From contig JAUCBJ010008713.1 of assembly GCA_032718475.1 (NCBI GenBank), forward strand, positions 1 to 38,646: DNA of 38,646 nucleotides, given 5' to 3'. A program made the position numbers and the translations under genes. Below are positions 22,243 to 33,807 of the stretch, piece after piece. The stretch comes from Nemertoderma westbladi (Eukaryota > Animalia > Xenacoelomorpha). Below the pieces are notes generated by a model. It saw only the letters and a program-made list of their open reading frames with translations, was not told where the DNA came from and did not search any database. The stretch's first letter is position 1, and every line of letters begins with the position of its first letter.

Positions 22243-24910
22243 CTCGATATTAAATAACACGATGGCCCAAGAAAGTTTTACGCGTCAAATGGCTAGAACC
22301 GAAGCCCGTCAAGCGGTAAAGGTGGGAGAGATCATCAAGTTCAATGGAGATGAGATGAAATGGTTACCTTTTAATGAATATTACAAAGATAACATACAGA
22401 ACTCTGTGCTATCTAAAGGAGAGAAACTTAGATTCCTCATCGAGTGCTTGGAAGGATCTCCCAAGTTAATGGCGTTAAAGTTTATTGGACATCCAGATGG
22501 ATTAAGACAAGTTTGGGATACCCTAAACATCAGGTATGGTAATAGGAATAACATAGCTAGGTATTTGTATGCAAAATTGGTAGCGCCCCAAAAATTCATT
22601 AGCAGCGGGATTATAGAGTTTTCCGATGAAATTCAGGAGATCTGTAGACAATTAGATTGGCTAGGTAAGTCTCATGAATATCAGAGTTCTATGGTTATTG
22701 GAGCCGTGGCCTCTACTTTACCGAAGGGTGGAGTAGGTACACGCTGGGATAAGAAAGTGTTATATATGATGGAACAACAACGACGAGACCCTACCATGGC
22801 TGATCTCATGTCATTCTTGGATGAAGAGGTAAAATTACAGCTCCTGAAGCAGTCCAGAGAGAAGACACCGGAAAATAAGGTAAGTGAGAAAACCGTTTCT
22901 AGGAGAAAGGTAATACCAGTGTGTTATACAGACGACGGCGAAAGCCAGACCTCCCATGAGGAGAACAGCGGGAAAGACACAGCAAGATCTTACTATGACA
23001 ATAAAACACCGAAGGACGTAAGTAAATTCAAGTCTCGAACCAATGACAGGAGAGAACAGGTAAGAAAAACTCCTCCCACGTCTCCTAAAATAATTCACGG
23101 AAGAAAGCCCGAGGAAAGAACGAGCGTGCACCACACAGCACATGTTAAAGTAAGTAACATCAAGCCCAAATGTGTGTTGTGCGACGGGCCCCATCGTTTA
23201 AGTGTGTGTGAGGAGTTCCTAAGGAAATCACTAAAGGATAGACGTGAAGTCATGTGGGATAAGCGGTTGTGTTATAATTGCCTCAGACGAGGACACCAAC
23301 GGCAAACCTGTTACTCCGACGCAAGGTGTGCAAAGTGCGGCGCAAAACATCATATCTTGTTGCACACTGAATTCGAACGAAACAGCCCGAGTCAGGTAAG
23401 TGAGTCCGAACTACATGTCCAATTTAGTGATGTGAACGACACTGACCAAAGTTCTGAGATGGAAGGATTCTATACGGACGAATTCTCCGACGAAGATGAA
23501 TCCTGTTACATGATAAATACCGCAGTGTATCGAGCACTTACGTATGAAAAAGACACAGACAGCGACCTCACCCTAACTACTTCTGATCGACAACCATCTT
23601 GTAAAGCGCCAACTTCCAATGTAGGAATCCGAGAATTTCCAGTAGTGCAGTTAAGGGTCCACGGACCTAAAAGGAGTTATATAGTGAACGCCCTCCTTGA
23701 CTCCGGTAGCACAGGAACATTCATCGACAAAGAACTAGCCGAAGACATCTTTGCTGGACAACCCAAGTTCCGAACTAAGTTAAACATGTCCGGAATTATG
23801 CAGGTTTGGAAATCTACATTAATAGCGGATTATTATGTAGGTGCGTTGTCCACCCCCCAGGATGAACTAGGAGAACACAGCATAAGGTCAGTAAAAATGG
23901 TGGCGATAAAGAACTTCGCTACCAGCCAAGTAGAACCTTATAACTGGGATGAGGACGATTTCACCCATCGGCTTAATATACCTAGATTCAACACAGATTA
24001 CCCTGGAGTGCAAATACTCATCGGCCAAAATGCGCATGAGGCGCTTGAGACATTGGAGAAACGGCCTGCTCAACCGCAACCATTACAAGCCTATGCGGGA
24101 AGAACTAGAGTAGGTTGGTACTTTACTGGCCCTTCCCATAGAACTCTCATGGAAAGATTACCAAAAGAACAGGTATATCAATTAAGTGAATGGGAAGTGG
24201 AGAGCAGTGAAGTTGACGACCCAACTGAGGGAACACCATACTCCTCAGATAATGACGATATTAACTCCAATGTAGATCAATGGAGACATTGCCCCGAGAC
24301 GATTAATCTAGCCGACATCGCTTCCAGTGGAGCAACCCCTCAAGAACTGACAGATACTCCAGACTGGTTAGGTGGACCCGACTTCCTAAGTAAAGAAGAT
24401 GAATGGCCTCCCCATCTTACCACGGCTGAGATTAGACAAGCCAAGGGAGCGGAGAAAGTCAAACCTAAAACCCGGACGAGTAAATCAAGGTTATTTAAAC
24501 CCGTGATAGATCTGTCTGTACTACACATTGCCAGGGACGATGCTGTGGATCTAAACTCCCCCACCGCGAACCGATCTGTTGTGGAGATCAGAGAGAGAGA
24601 CTGGAGATCTGGAACACCAGACGTCTCGCCGGGACTCTCACCTCTCCTGCTGGGAGCGATGGACCACTATAGATCCTGGAATCGGCTTTGTAAGGCCGTC
24701 GTGTATTTGAAACGATGTTTCTATCGTCACTATTCCAGGACGAAGAGGAAACCTGGAATTGTCTTCGAGACACAGCATCTCAATCGCCCAGTTGGTCGTT
24801 TATGTTTACTGGAACGAGACCGAGAACTGTCTGGAAACTATGGAAGGCAAGATACTCTTCCCACGACCACCTCCCTAATCCAACAAACATCTAGGGACTC
24901 CCCAACGTAA
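22223..24910 (+). pseudogene. BEL/Pao element B capsid, zinc knuckles and protease fused in frame to RNase H-tail and integrase-tail remnants
   Basis: KFNGDEMKW, three knuckles, ALLDSGSTGTFI, then directly WRHCPETINLADIASSG...WLGGPDFL, YRSWNRL, and LNRPVGRLCLLE (BEL pol terminus). RT and integrase core are absent. Confidence 0.85.
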
Positions 24911-24918
24911 CAGCGTCT

Positions 24919-24988
24919 GGAGTGGGTGTGTGACCATATTATTTTATATTCTTATTATTTTATATTTTTGTATGTATTATTATGTAAT
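24919..24988 (+). other. Candidate polypurine tract and start of the 3' LTR of element B (TGTGAC at 24929), interrupted by the CRE insertion and resuming at 27015
   Basis: GGAGTGGGTG|TGTGACC a few nt after the pol stop, the usual BEL layout. Confidence 0.5.
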
Positions 24989-26997
24989 ACAGCTACCCGC
25001 CACCCGGCGACCCACCAGCTGTCGACCCGCCACCCTGCGACACGCCACCCATCGACCCGCCACCCGGCGACCCGCCACCCGGAGACCCGCCACCCGGCGA
25101 CCCGCCATCCGGCGACACGCCACCCTGCGACCCGCCACTCAGACTCGGTGATCCACCAACGAGGCACCCGCCACATAGAGACCCGCCACCCTGCGACCCG
25201 CGACCCAGAGACCCACTATCCGCCGATACACCACCCAGAGACCCGCTACCCGTCAACACGCAACCCTGCTACCCACCACCCAGAGACCAGCCACCTGTAA
25301 GTACCACCTGCTGGCAAAAGCAGTGTTGGTACGCTGATGACGCCTCGTCTGCGGGGTCCATCGCCGGAGTGTGGGAATGGTGGGAGGAGCTGCGCCACTG
25401 TGGACCCCGAATTGGCTACAAACCGGAGCCCGCGAAGAGCTACCTTGTTGTGAAACCGGAGTACGCGAGGAGGGCGACGGAGGTGTTCGGGGATTCTGGA
25501 GTCCGGATCGTATCCGGCCACCGTTTCCCTTGGTGGTTACGTGGGGGACTCCCAGGGACTGCGGGAGTTCATAGCGGAGAAAGTGGCGGGGTGGGTTGCG
25601 AGTATCGCCCAGCTCTCCGAGGTGGCTGTGGAGTACCCGCAGACCGCCCACACTGGTATGTCCCGCTGCATCCAGGCGGAGTGGGACTACCTGCTCCGGG
25701 TGGTGGAGACAAGGGATGAGGATCTGGCGCCAATCCGCCAGGAGCTGTTGCGGCGCTTCATCCCGGCCCTCTTTGGGACTTCCCCCAGATCTGTGGATGA
25801 GGAGCTCATCCTCCTTCCTGTCCGCCATGGTGGGATCGGGATCCGGGACCCCTGATGCGGAGGGGTCACGCGAGGGAGGCGTCGCTATCTGGGACTGCTG
25901 GGGTGGTCGAGGCACTGATGACTGGTTGTCCCCTTAACGTCGCTGACCACTCCGCCTGCCTCGCCTCCGCGTTGGCTGCGAGTCGCGTCGCCCAGGACGC
26001 CGCCTATAAGGCAGCGATGGAGTCCGCCATCCAATCCGTCCCGGCCGAAAGGCGCCGTACTGTGGACCGTACGGTGTCCCACAAGACGGGTGGGTGGCTG
26101 TCGGCACAGCCCTCCGTGGTCGATAACACCGACCTGGCCCCGGAGGTGTTCCGCGACAACCTCGCGCTGAGGTACGGCCTCACGCCGCCCGGCCTCCCGG
26201 CGAAGTGTGAGGGGTGTGGGGAGCCGTTTACGACAACCCACGCCCTGAACTGCAAGTCGGGTGGCCTGATTATAAAGCGGCACGATGAGGTCCGGGAGGT
26301 ATTCGGGGACCTTATCGCCTCTGTCTTTGGTGGGTCGTGTGTGCAGCGTGAAGTCACGCTGTGCACCGGCTACCTGGACAGAAGGGGCCGCGAGGTGGGA
26401 GGAGTTAGGGCTGATCTCCTGGCGAGGGGAGTCTGGACCGAGCAGAGGGTGGCGTCTTTCGATATTGCGATCGTAAACGCCGACGCCCCCTCATACGCTC
26501 AGCGGTCCTTGGACTCTGTCCTCGAGCAGAGAGTCCGAGCCAAGAAGGTGCACTATAGCGCGGTGTGCGAGGATAGAAGGTTCTCCTTCACCCCCCTTGT
26601 CGGAACCACCGATGGGGTGTGGTGCAAGGAGACTGATACCTTCATCAGCAACCTCGCTGAGACCCTTGTGGCTCGGCGGCAGGGGATGCGGGATCGTGGC
26701 CTAGCCTGCGTTCTCGGGGGAGTTCGGAGGCGGCTTCAGTTCGCGCTCCTCCGCTCCAACTCCCTCTGTTTGCGTGGTGGCCGGCGTCCCTGGAGGGCGC
26801 TGGGCTTTGGGGATGGTGCGGGTCTGCGGGGGAATGACCTCGCAGACCATTATTAATTCACGGTGCACCATTTTTAATTGTATGTTAAACCTTATTGTCT
26901 TAATTGTATTGTTCTGATTGGTGGTGGGATGTTGGGTTGGTGCAGCTATATATTTAATTGTATATACAATTTTAATCTATTAATAAATTATGAATGA
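24989..26997 (+). mobile_element. 5'-truncated CRE-like non-LTR retrotransposon (RT plus restriction-like endonuclease)
   Basis: QCWYADDAS at 25321; WW..L...GP.IGY.P...KSYLVVK; LPVRHGGIG; CxxC...HALNCKSGG..KRHD; RADL...FD. Frameshifts near 25527 and 25853; AATAAA at 26982; (TGAA)n tail; 17-bp TSD atgtattattatgtaat at 24972-24988 and 26998-27014. Confidence 0.85.
24994..25296 (+). repeat. 15-bp GC-rich minisatellite (gacccgccacccggc), about 20 degenerate copies
   Basis: Read directly from the sequence; lies inside the TSD-bounded CRE insertion. Confidence 0.95.
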
Positions 26998-27486
26998 ATG
27001 TATTATTATGTAATTTTATTATAATCGTTTTCTTTAATTTTATTTAGTAGAATGTTATTTTAGCGATTATTTAGTAGATTAGTGCAATATATATTCGCGT
27101 TTATTACTTAATTACTTATATATTATATATTTAGTGTGACGGCGAGAAATAATTATTTTCCTCTTTCCTTACTGTCCGTATTACATTACAAATACGTAAC
27201 TACAGTAAGATGAAATGTCCATACTTATTAAAGTACAATAAAGCTCCTACTGTATTCAAGTATTATTTGTAAGTAGAGTATTAGGAATGCAAAATTCAGA
27301 TCCTCGTGTCTCGGCTAAACCAAGCTCTGGGTAGACCTTGGAAACGACTTGCCTCTTCTCACTGACATTGCTTCGTGCGATATTGCTCTCCTACCGTATA
27401 TTAAATAATACATATAGTAGCATGATGTCCCTTTAACAGTAGCGTATAACGCAAAATAAATCTGTTAAACCCTTTGACCATCTGCA

Positions 27487-29310
27487 ATTCTAGTCGATTA
27501 AGATATCGCGGCACCCACCGATATACTTGAAAGACAAAATTCTAGAATCAGTGGTTAACGTCCCCAGACAAGTTCTGGAATAAACTGGTGCCCATCCTAA
27601 ATATTAATTATTAATATTTACAAAATCTGTCAAATTTTAGATCCTTTAAAATTCTAGTCGATTAAGACTTAGAGCACTTACCGATACTCTTAACCCTATT
27701 AAACCCGGGGGGGGGGGGGTCAATATGACCCCCCCCGTGGTTTTTTTATTATAATTCTGAAACAAACGCAGTTGGGAATCTGAAATTTTATGACTTTTCC
27801 TAAAAATCTATTGTCTTCCTAGTAGTGAAAACCGTTTTCAAAAATATTGGGTACTTTTCGAGTTATAGCACCATTTTTTAACCCTACTTTTGGCACTTTT
27901 TTTGAGACGTTTTTTGAAAATTACATTTCATTAAATATGAATTGTAACATCTCTATTTTTGATTTACACCGGTTTTTTGGTGTTAGAAATTTGATGGAAT
28001 TCATATAAATTGATTTAGAAATTTCAAACTTGTTTTTTTCGGTGGGTGCCAAATTTTGGTGCCAGCACCAAATTTTGAATTATGTCAATTTTGTAAATTG
28101 ATTGTTTGAAACTTGTTTTTTACGCAATTGGGTTTTTTTGGGGTTCTGGATTCGATGAAATATATACGAGTTGCACCAAGCGTATCAAACTTGTATTTTT
28201 CGGTGTTGTGTGCAAATTTTGGTGCTAGCACGAAATTTTGAAAATTCATTCGATAGATAAAATTGCTTGTGACAATTTATTTCTTGCATTTTAGAGGTTT
28301 ATGGCTGTTCTGAATTCAATGGAATGTATAATTATCGAACTAGACATCTCAAACTTGTATTTTTCGGATGTGGGTGCAAAATGTGGTGCTAGCACCAAAT
28401 TTTGAAAACCATCAAATATATCAATTGATTGTGTCACCTTGTTTCTTGCGTTATACGGGTTTGTGATGGTTCTGAATTCAATGGAATCAGTAAAAATTTC
28501 ATAAGAGTTCTCAAACTGGTATTTTTCGCCAGTGGGTGAAAATTGTTGTGCCAGCACCAAATTTTGGAAAATATGCAAATTTATCAGTAGATAGAATCAC
28601 CTTGTTTCTTGCGTTATACGGGTTTATGAGGGTCCTGAATCCGATGGAATCCATAAAAACAGCACTGGACATCGCAAACTTGTACTTTTTGGTGATGGGT
28701 ACGAAATTTGGTGCTAGCACCAAAATTTGCCAAATTACGCCGAAAAATACAAGTATCAATGATCTGGCATATTAGAAATGTATTCCATTAGAATCAGCGC
28801 CCTCGAAAACCTGAAAATGTGAATTTATAGCATCGTATATGTGAATTAAAAATTTTGTGTTCTACCTGAAAAGTGCTGGTTACTTGTTTTTTTCATTTTT
28901 TTCCTACGCAGAGAGGACTAAACGGCCATTTATAGTAATCATATCATTTTTAAATATTTTCCAATGTATTTTGCACCCCAGAAAACCTGTATTGAAAAAT
29001 AATTAGCCGAAAATGTAACTTTCAAATTTTGTGAAAATTGTGCACTACTTGTAATTTTGGTGCCACCCCAGTACATTTTTTCGAAATTTTTTTTTTCGAT
29101 CGGATCCAGACAAGTGATACCTACGTACAAACAAAAAATCAGGCGTTTTCGTAAATATTTGTAGATTTTAGAGGGGGGGGGGGTCAATATGACCCCCTCC
29201 CGGTATTTGTACAGCATTTTATAGCCCGGTACTAATAGGGTTAAAAAAGACAAATTTCCTAGAATCAAGGATCCCAGTCCACAGATATGTTCTGGAATAA
29301 AATTGTGTCT
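27487..29310. repeat. 164-bp-period tandem duplication whose second copy is split by the piggyBac MITE
   Basis: attctagtcgattaaga at 27487 and 27651; aaagacaaa...ctagaatca...gttctggaataaa resumes after 29244. Confidence 0.8.
27694..29240. mobile_element. Non-autonomous piggyBac-type element (MITE) with internal ~163-bp tandem repeats
   Basis: TTAA at 27690-27693 and 29241-29244; TIRs CCCTATTAnnnCCGGG; subterminal ggggtcaatatgacccc at both ends; five repeat units at 28025, 28186, 28350, 28512 and 28675; no transposase. Confidence 0.9.
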
Positions 29311-30117
29311 ATTTAATATTAAATAATAAAATTTACGGGAATAAATTTAAATTCATATTTAATGAATTTGATAAATTGTCATTTTTATACAATTTATAAC
29401 ATTCCCAAAATTCCATTAATTAATAGATCATGGGAGCGGAGATTCACCCTATTAAGTGTATTAGTGTGCGAGAATCTCCGATATATAGTCAATAGCCGAT
29501 AAAATTCATAAACTCATGTATAAAGAGAAATATTGACAATTAAAGAATTACTATTAAATAGCATCCCAGATCTGTATGCATGGGAATTACCCTAATTCTA
29601 CCGCTAGCTTTCCATAATGTCACCATGGCAACAACCACGCTAGAATTAGAAGTGAGTTAAAAGAACAATAAAGCTTGCCCATTGAATAGCATAAGGAATA
29701 AATAGCACACTGCTAGTATCCCAGGATACCCAATAATAACGTGGCATTCTGGAAGGCACTGACTAACGGACAAATGGCCCGAATGTGTGCGGTTTGAGAC
29801 AGTTGTGTGGAATTTGTGCGTTTATAGGTGAATGTTACTACTAAAGTGTGTTTACAGTAGCGAGTCGCAATTGTGAAAGTAGCCCTAACTCTCCAGTAAG
29901 AACCTGAAGTATATCTAAGCCTTTGGGACGGACGGTGGAGTGACTCGTGCTGGTTGTTGTGGTCGTTGTGCAGCTACGACGTTGGTGATAGGCACATCGG
30001 CGAAAGTACACCAGCGCTGAGAATCTTGCGCTGTCCGGGGGCCGAGAGGGGTAGGCAGCGACGCTCGCTAGCCTAAATATAAACTCATTATAATATTGAT
30101 AAACTCATATAGCAGAT

Positions 30118-30423
30118 ATGACTGAGTTGATAGAAGATGATCTTGGTATCAGGGAGCGATATACTCTACCTTTACAAGCGTTTGTTGATAGCTTGATACG
30201 CAGCGACGCTAGTCCAACTACTACGGAGGACGATGGTCGTTATATCGAACCGCCGATGTCCCAGGAGCAACTTACGCGTGAATTGGACTATCGAAAATTC
30301 ACTGCTCGCTATACGCATTGTAATGGTACGTATATGGACTTCTTAACTACTGGCCATTCTATCGATTTACACGATATGGACTATGTCGACCATATATCCT
30401 ACCCAGCGGAGTCGGAACGATAA
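30118..30423 (+). CDS. Hypothetical 101-aa protein, unknown family
   Basis: ATG-initiated ORF with natural-looking composition and a TATA-like TATAAA at ~30078; no recognisable motif. Confidence 0.25.
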   Translation: MTELIEDDLGIRERYTLPLQAFVDSLIRSDASPTTTEDDGRYIEPPMSQEQLTRELDYRKFTARYTHCNGTYMDFLTTGHSIDLHDMDYVDHISYPAESER

Positions 30424-31688
30424 ACTGAAATTCGAATGCGAAAATTCTATTCGAAATCTACTCGAAAGAAAAGACATTAAAGAAACAAATAAACGCGGTA
30501 ACTCCAACGTATATTTGGAATTCTTGATGGAAGCATTGTAACAACAAATAAATATCACCCTCGTTTCCCCTACCAGACGTGCGTCTTTGGTATTATTATG
30601 ATAAATGCCCTAGACCCAACTAATAAACGGAAAGACATAAACATCCACGGAAACGTTGTGCTAAACACAGTTGTACTCGTTATATTTACTGGAGTTTTGA
30701 GCGAAACTTATTTGATGTATCACCTACGCTCTCTCGACTCAGACGATCCTTAAGTAAACCTACGATCAGAGTTCCGGAATACTCGGTCAGACCTCCTCAT
30801 TCCTTAATTAGACCTCAGACTTTCGATTCGGATAGTATCACGGATCCTCACGAACTGTATTCACTGTTCAAAGATCTAGTGTTACCCTAACAATTAATCG
30901 GTAACACTCCGGCAGTGAGCTCTAGCTATCAGCCCATCTTACCTAGCTGGATTGGGACGCGGACACCCAATATCACCATCCAACCGTATGGTTGTCCCAG
31001 TTTAACGCGATATAACCCTTCATCAAGGTGGAGGAGAGCGTTGTACGAAACGAGTTAAACGCTATTCTACAAAGATCAGAAAGGAAACCTGCGTTTGTTC
31101 AGATAAACGTAATTTGTAACAGCAAGTCCAAGCGACAAACGAATTGGCTTTATCTCAGCTCGATTGGGAAATCCAGAATCTCTAAAAGGATATCAAACTT
31201 AGACAACCCTATTCTCTGTGAGAGTTTTGGACGAACGTATCCAACGACAAGCGGAGGAAAATCAGCTCGAGGTGAAGCATATCGAAATGGACGAGACACC
31301 GACCGTAACTCTAAACCTTCTGATGCAATTGTATTGCACCCTCCACCCAGGAGTTATACCCCTCCTAGTAAAGTGGCTCGCCCCAAAGAGAAAAGGACTC
31401 TTGCTAGCCTCAAAAAACTGTGTAAACGCCGTCTGCGCAAGAAAGATTAACTGTTTAGAGTATTTTTATATTTTAGAAACTGTGATTTTTTATATTTTAT
31501 ATAATTAAATCCCATTTTCTGGGAGCGGTGTAAAAGCTTTTGGGGGATATAACTGGCCTTTTCCCTTCGTAATCCAGTTTTCCCCCCATTCGCTCAAATC
31601 CTCTAAACTGCTTGATTCTAGTGGCATAATCCACCCTCTGGTTGGCTGATTTGCTATACGTGTATGGCCTCTTTGTTCTGTTCGATCA

Positions 31689-33581
31689 ACCAATCAGAGC
31701 GATTTCGCCTTGTGTTACCTACGGGCTGCAAAGGCTAGGGAGGTTTGGCATTTAGACATTCATGGAACTTATAGAAACTGGAACTCTGCCAATGAGAGCT
31801 TTTCCTCTTTGTGTTGAAAGCTACCTGCAACAGCTCACAGGGTTCAGTGTGTTGGTTTTTTCAGAGCCTAGAACATCGGCTATGGAATTATTCTGAATTA
31901 TTCCAACATTAGAACGGCTTTAATTATAAGAACACATAACTGTTACCGGTACGGTACTTACTGCTGTATTGCACATTATTTACTGCTATTTACTGTTTGT
32001 TATTAATTGTATCAGTTATTTACATATTGTTATTTGGAGAATAGCGATAAACGATCAGAAACCCCGATCTTCTTGATACACTAAGGTTAGAGAGACCGGT
32101 TACATATAGCAATTGCGACTTATATTATCGTGGTTTGTAGTGAATTGAATGCTATTTTATAGGCCCTACAAATGTCGGTTGCTATTCTCTTTATATATGA
32201 TTAAAATCAGTGACTATCGGCAATTCAGTGTGCAGCGGTGTGCAATAGTCTGTATGTGCTTGTCCGCGTAACAAAGCATATCCTAAAGAATGCGCCTTAT
32301 GTGTAACTTATAATCCATTCCGTTGTGTTTAGTGTAAGCCATAGCTCTGTTTATATGGATAGAGCGCCACGTCCTAAAGGAACTGGTAATATTTCCCGAA
32401 AGTGAATAATATTTGTCAGAAATTATATATTAACGATCAATCGAATAGTACGGTAGGCCTGCACCGCAATCAAATTAAAGCATCCGAATCCAGTCTCCCG
32501 GGTATATCCAGCGAGTGAATGGTCGCGCATAGACAGGCTTCGGCTAATGTTGGATTTATTTGTGTCAAATACTTGTCATAGGCTAAAGTCGATTTATAAC
32601 CTAGAAGACATATAGATTTGGCGGGTTAAACTGCCAAAGGTCTTAAAAGCGCGAACATATACACTTTTCCTGACACTGACAGTGTTCATGCTTTTAGACC
32701 TTTAGCAGTTTAACCTGCCAAATTTAGGTGTCTTCTAGGTTATAAATCGACTTTAGCCTATAACAAGTATTTGATACACATAAAAGCTATATTAGCCGAA
32801 GCCAGCCTATGCGCGATCATTCACCCACGGTTAAGGGAGACTGGATTCGGATGCTCTGACCTTATTGCGGTGTAGGCCTACTGTATTATTCGATTGATCG
32901 TTACTATAATATCTCTGACAAATATTATTCACTTTCGGGAAATATTAACAGTTCCTTTAGGACGTGGCGCTCTAAGTATGTAAACAGAGTTATGACTTAC
33001 ACTAAACACAACGGGATGGCTAATGATTTACGTATAAAGCGCATTCTTTAGGAAATGCTTTGTTATCTATCACACTCATGCACACTACCACACACTGCTG
33101 CACACTGATCTGCCGACCTTCACTAATTTTAATCATATATAAGGAGAACAGCAACTGGCACATGTAGGGTCTATGAAATAGCATTCAATTCACTCCAAAA
33201 CCACTATAATGTAAGTCGCAATTGCTATATGTAACCGGTCTCTCTAACCTTTAGTATATCAAGAAGATTGGGGTTTTATGATTATTTATCAATATTCTCC
33301 AAATTTAACAACATTCCATCAACTGATAACAATTAATAACCGACAGTAAATAGCAGTAAAATAATGCGGTGTTTGTATGTGATCAGGTTTGTGATAGGTT
33401 CGATAACAGTTATACGTTTCTATGATCAAAGCCGTTCTAATGTTTTGCTAAAGTCTGAAACAAAGAATAATTCCCCAGCCGATGTTCTGGGATCAGGAAA
33501 AAAGGTAAACAAAGACCATAATGCATTGCGTGATTTCCCGGAGGCTTCTGTACAAATAAAATGAAAATCGCTCTGATTGGT
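31689..33581. repeat. Large imperfect inverted repeat (foldback); core arms ~31865-32657 and ~32683-33495, 25-nt spacer
   Basis: For example ggctaaagtcgatttataacctagaagaca / tgtcttctaggttataaatcgactttagcc; aacattagaacggctt / aagccgttctaatgtt; outer accaatcagagcgattt / aaatcgctctgattggt. Confidence 0.95.
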
Positions 33582-33807
33582 CGAGTGAGTGAGCCTGAAC
33601 AAAGAAAGCCAAAAAGCTCCACATCGACATATCAGCTGATAGATGTCGTCATCTGAACTACACTGTATTAAGAGTATTTTGGCGCATTGCGGCATAAAAT
33701 GGCTTGTTATGTCTGATGAATTATTTCACTATAAGGTAGCATTTGTAGTTTAACTTTAACGTAAAAACTTTTGAAAATCCGACGTATTTTGATTAAGTTA
33801 CAGTAAT

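Noticed and set aside
24926-25300. (ATRHP)n, (WRVAG)n and (GGSPG)n ORFs
   Set aside because: Alternative frames of the 15-bp array; only the DPPP frame is continuous with the RT.
28025-28760. Regularly spaced palindromic repeats resembling a CRISPR array
   Set aside because: The intervening sequences are homologous to each other and too long, there are no cas genes, and the context is a eukaryotic MITE.
33713-33780. CTGATGA as a second hammerhead core
   Set aside because: No stem II followed by GAAA at a suitable spacing.
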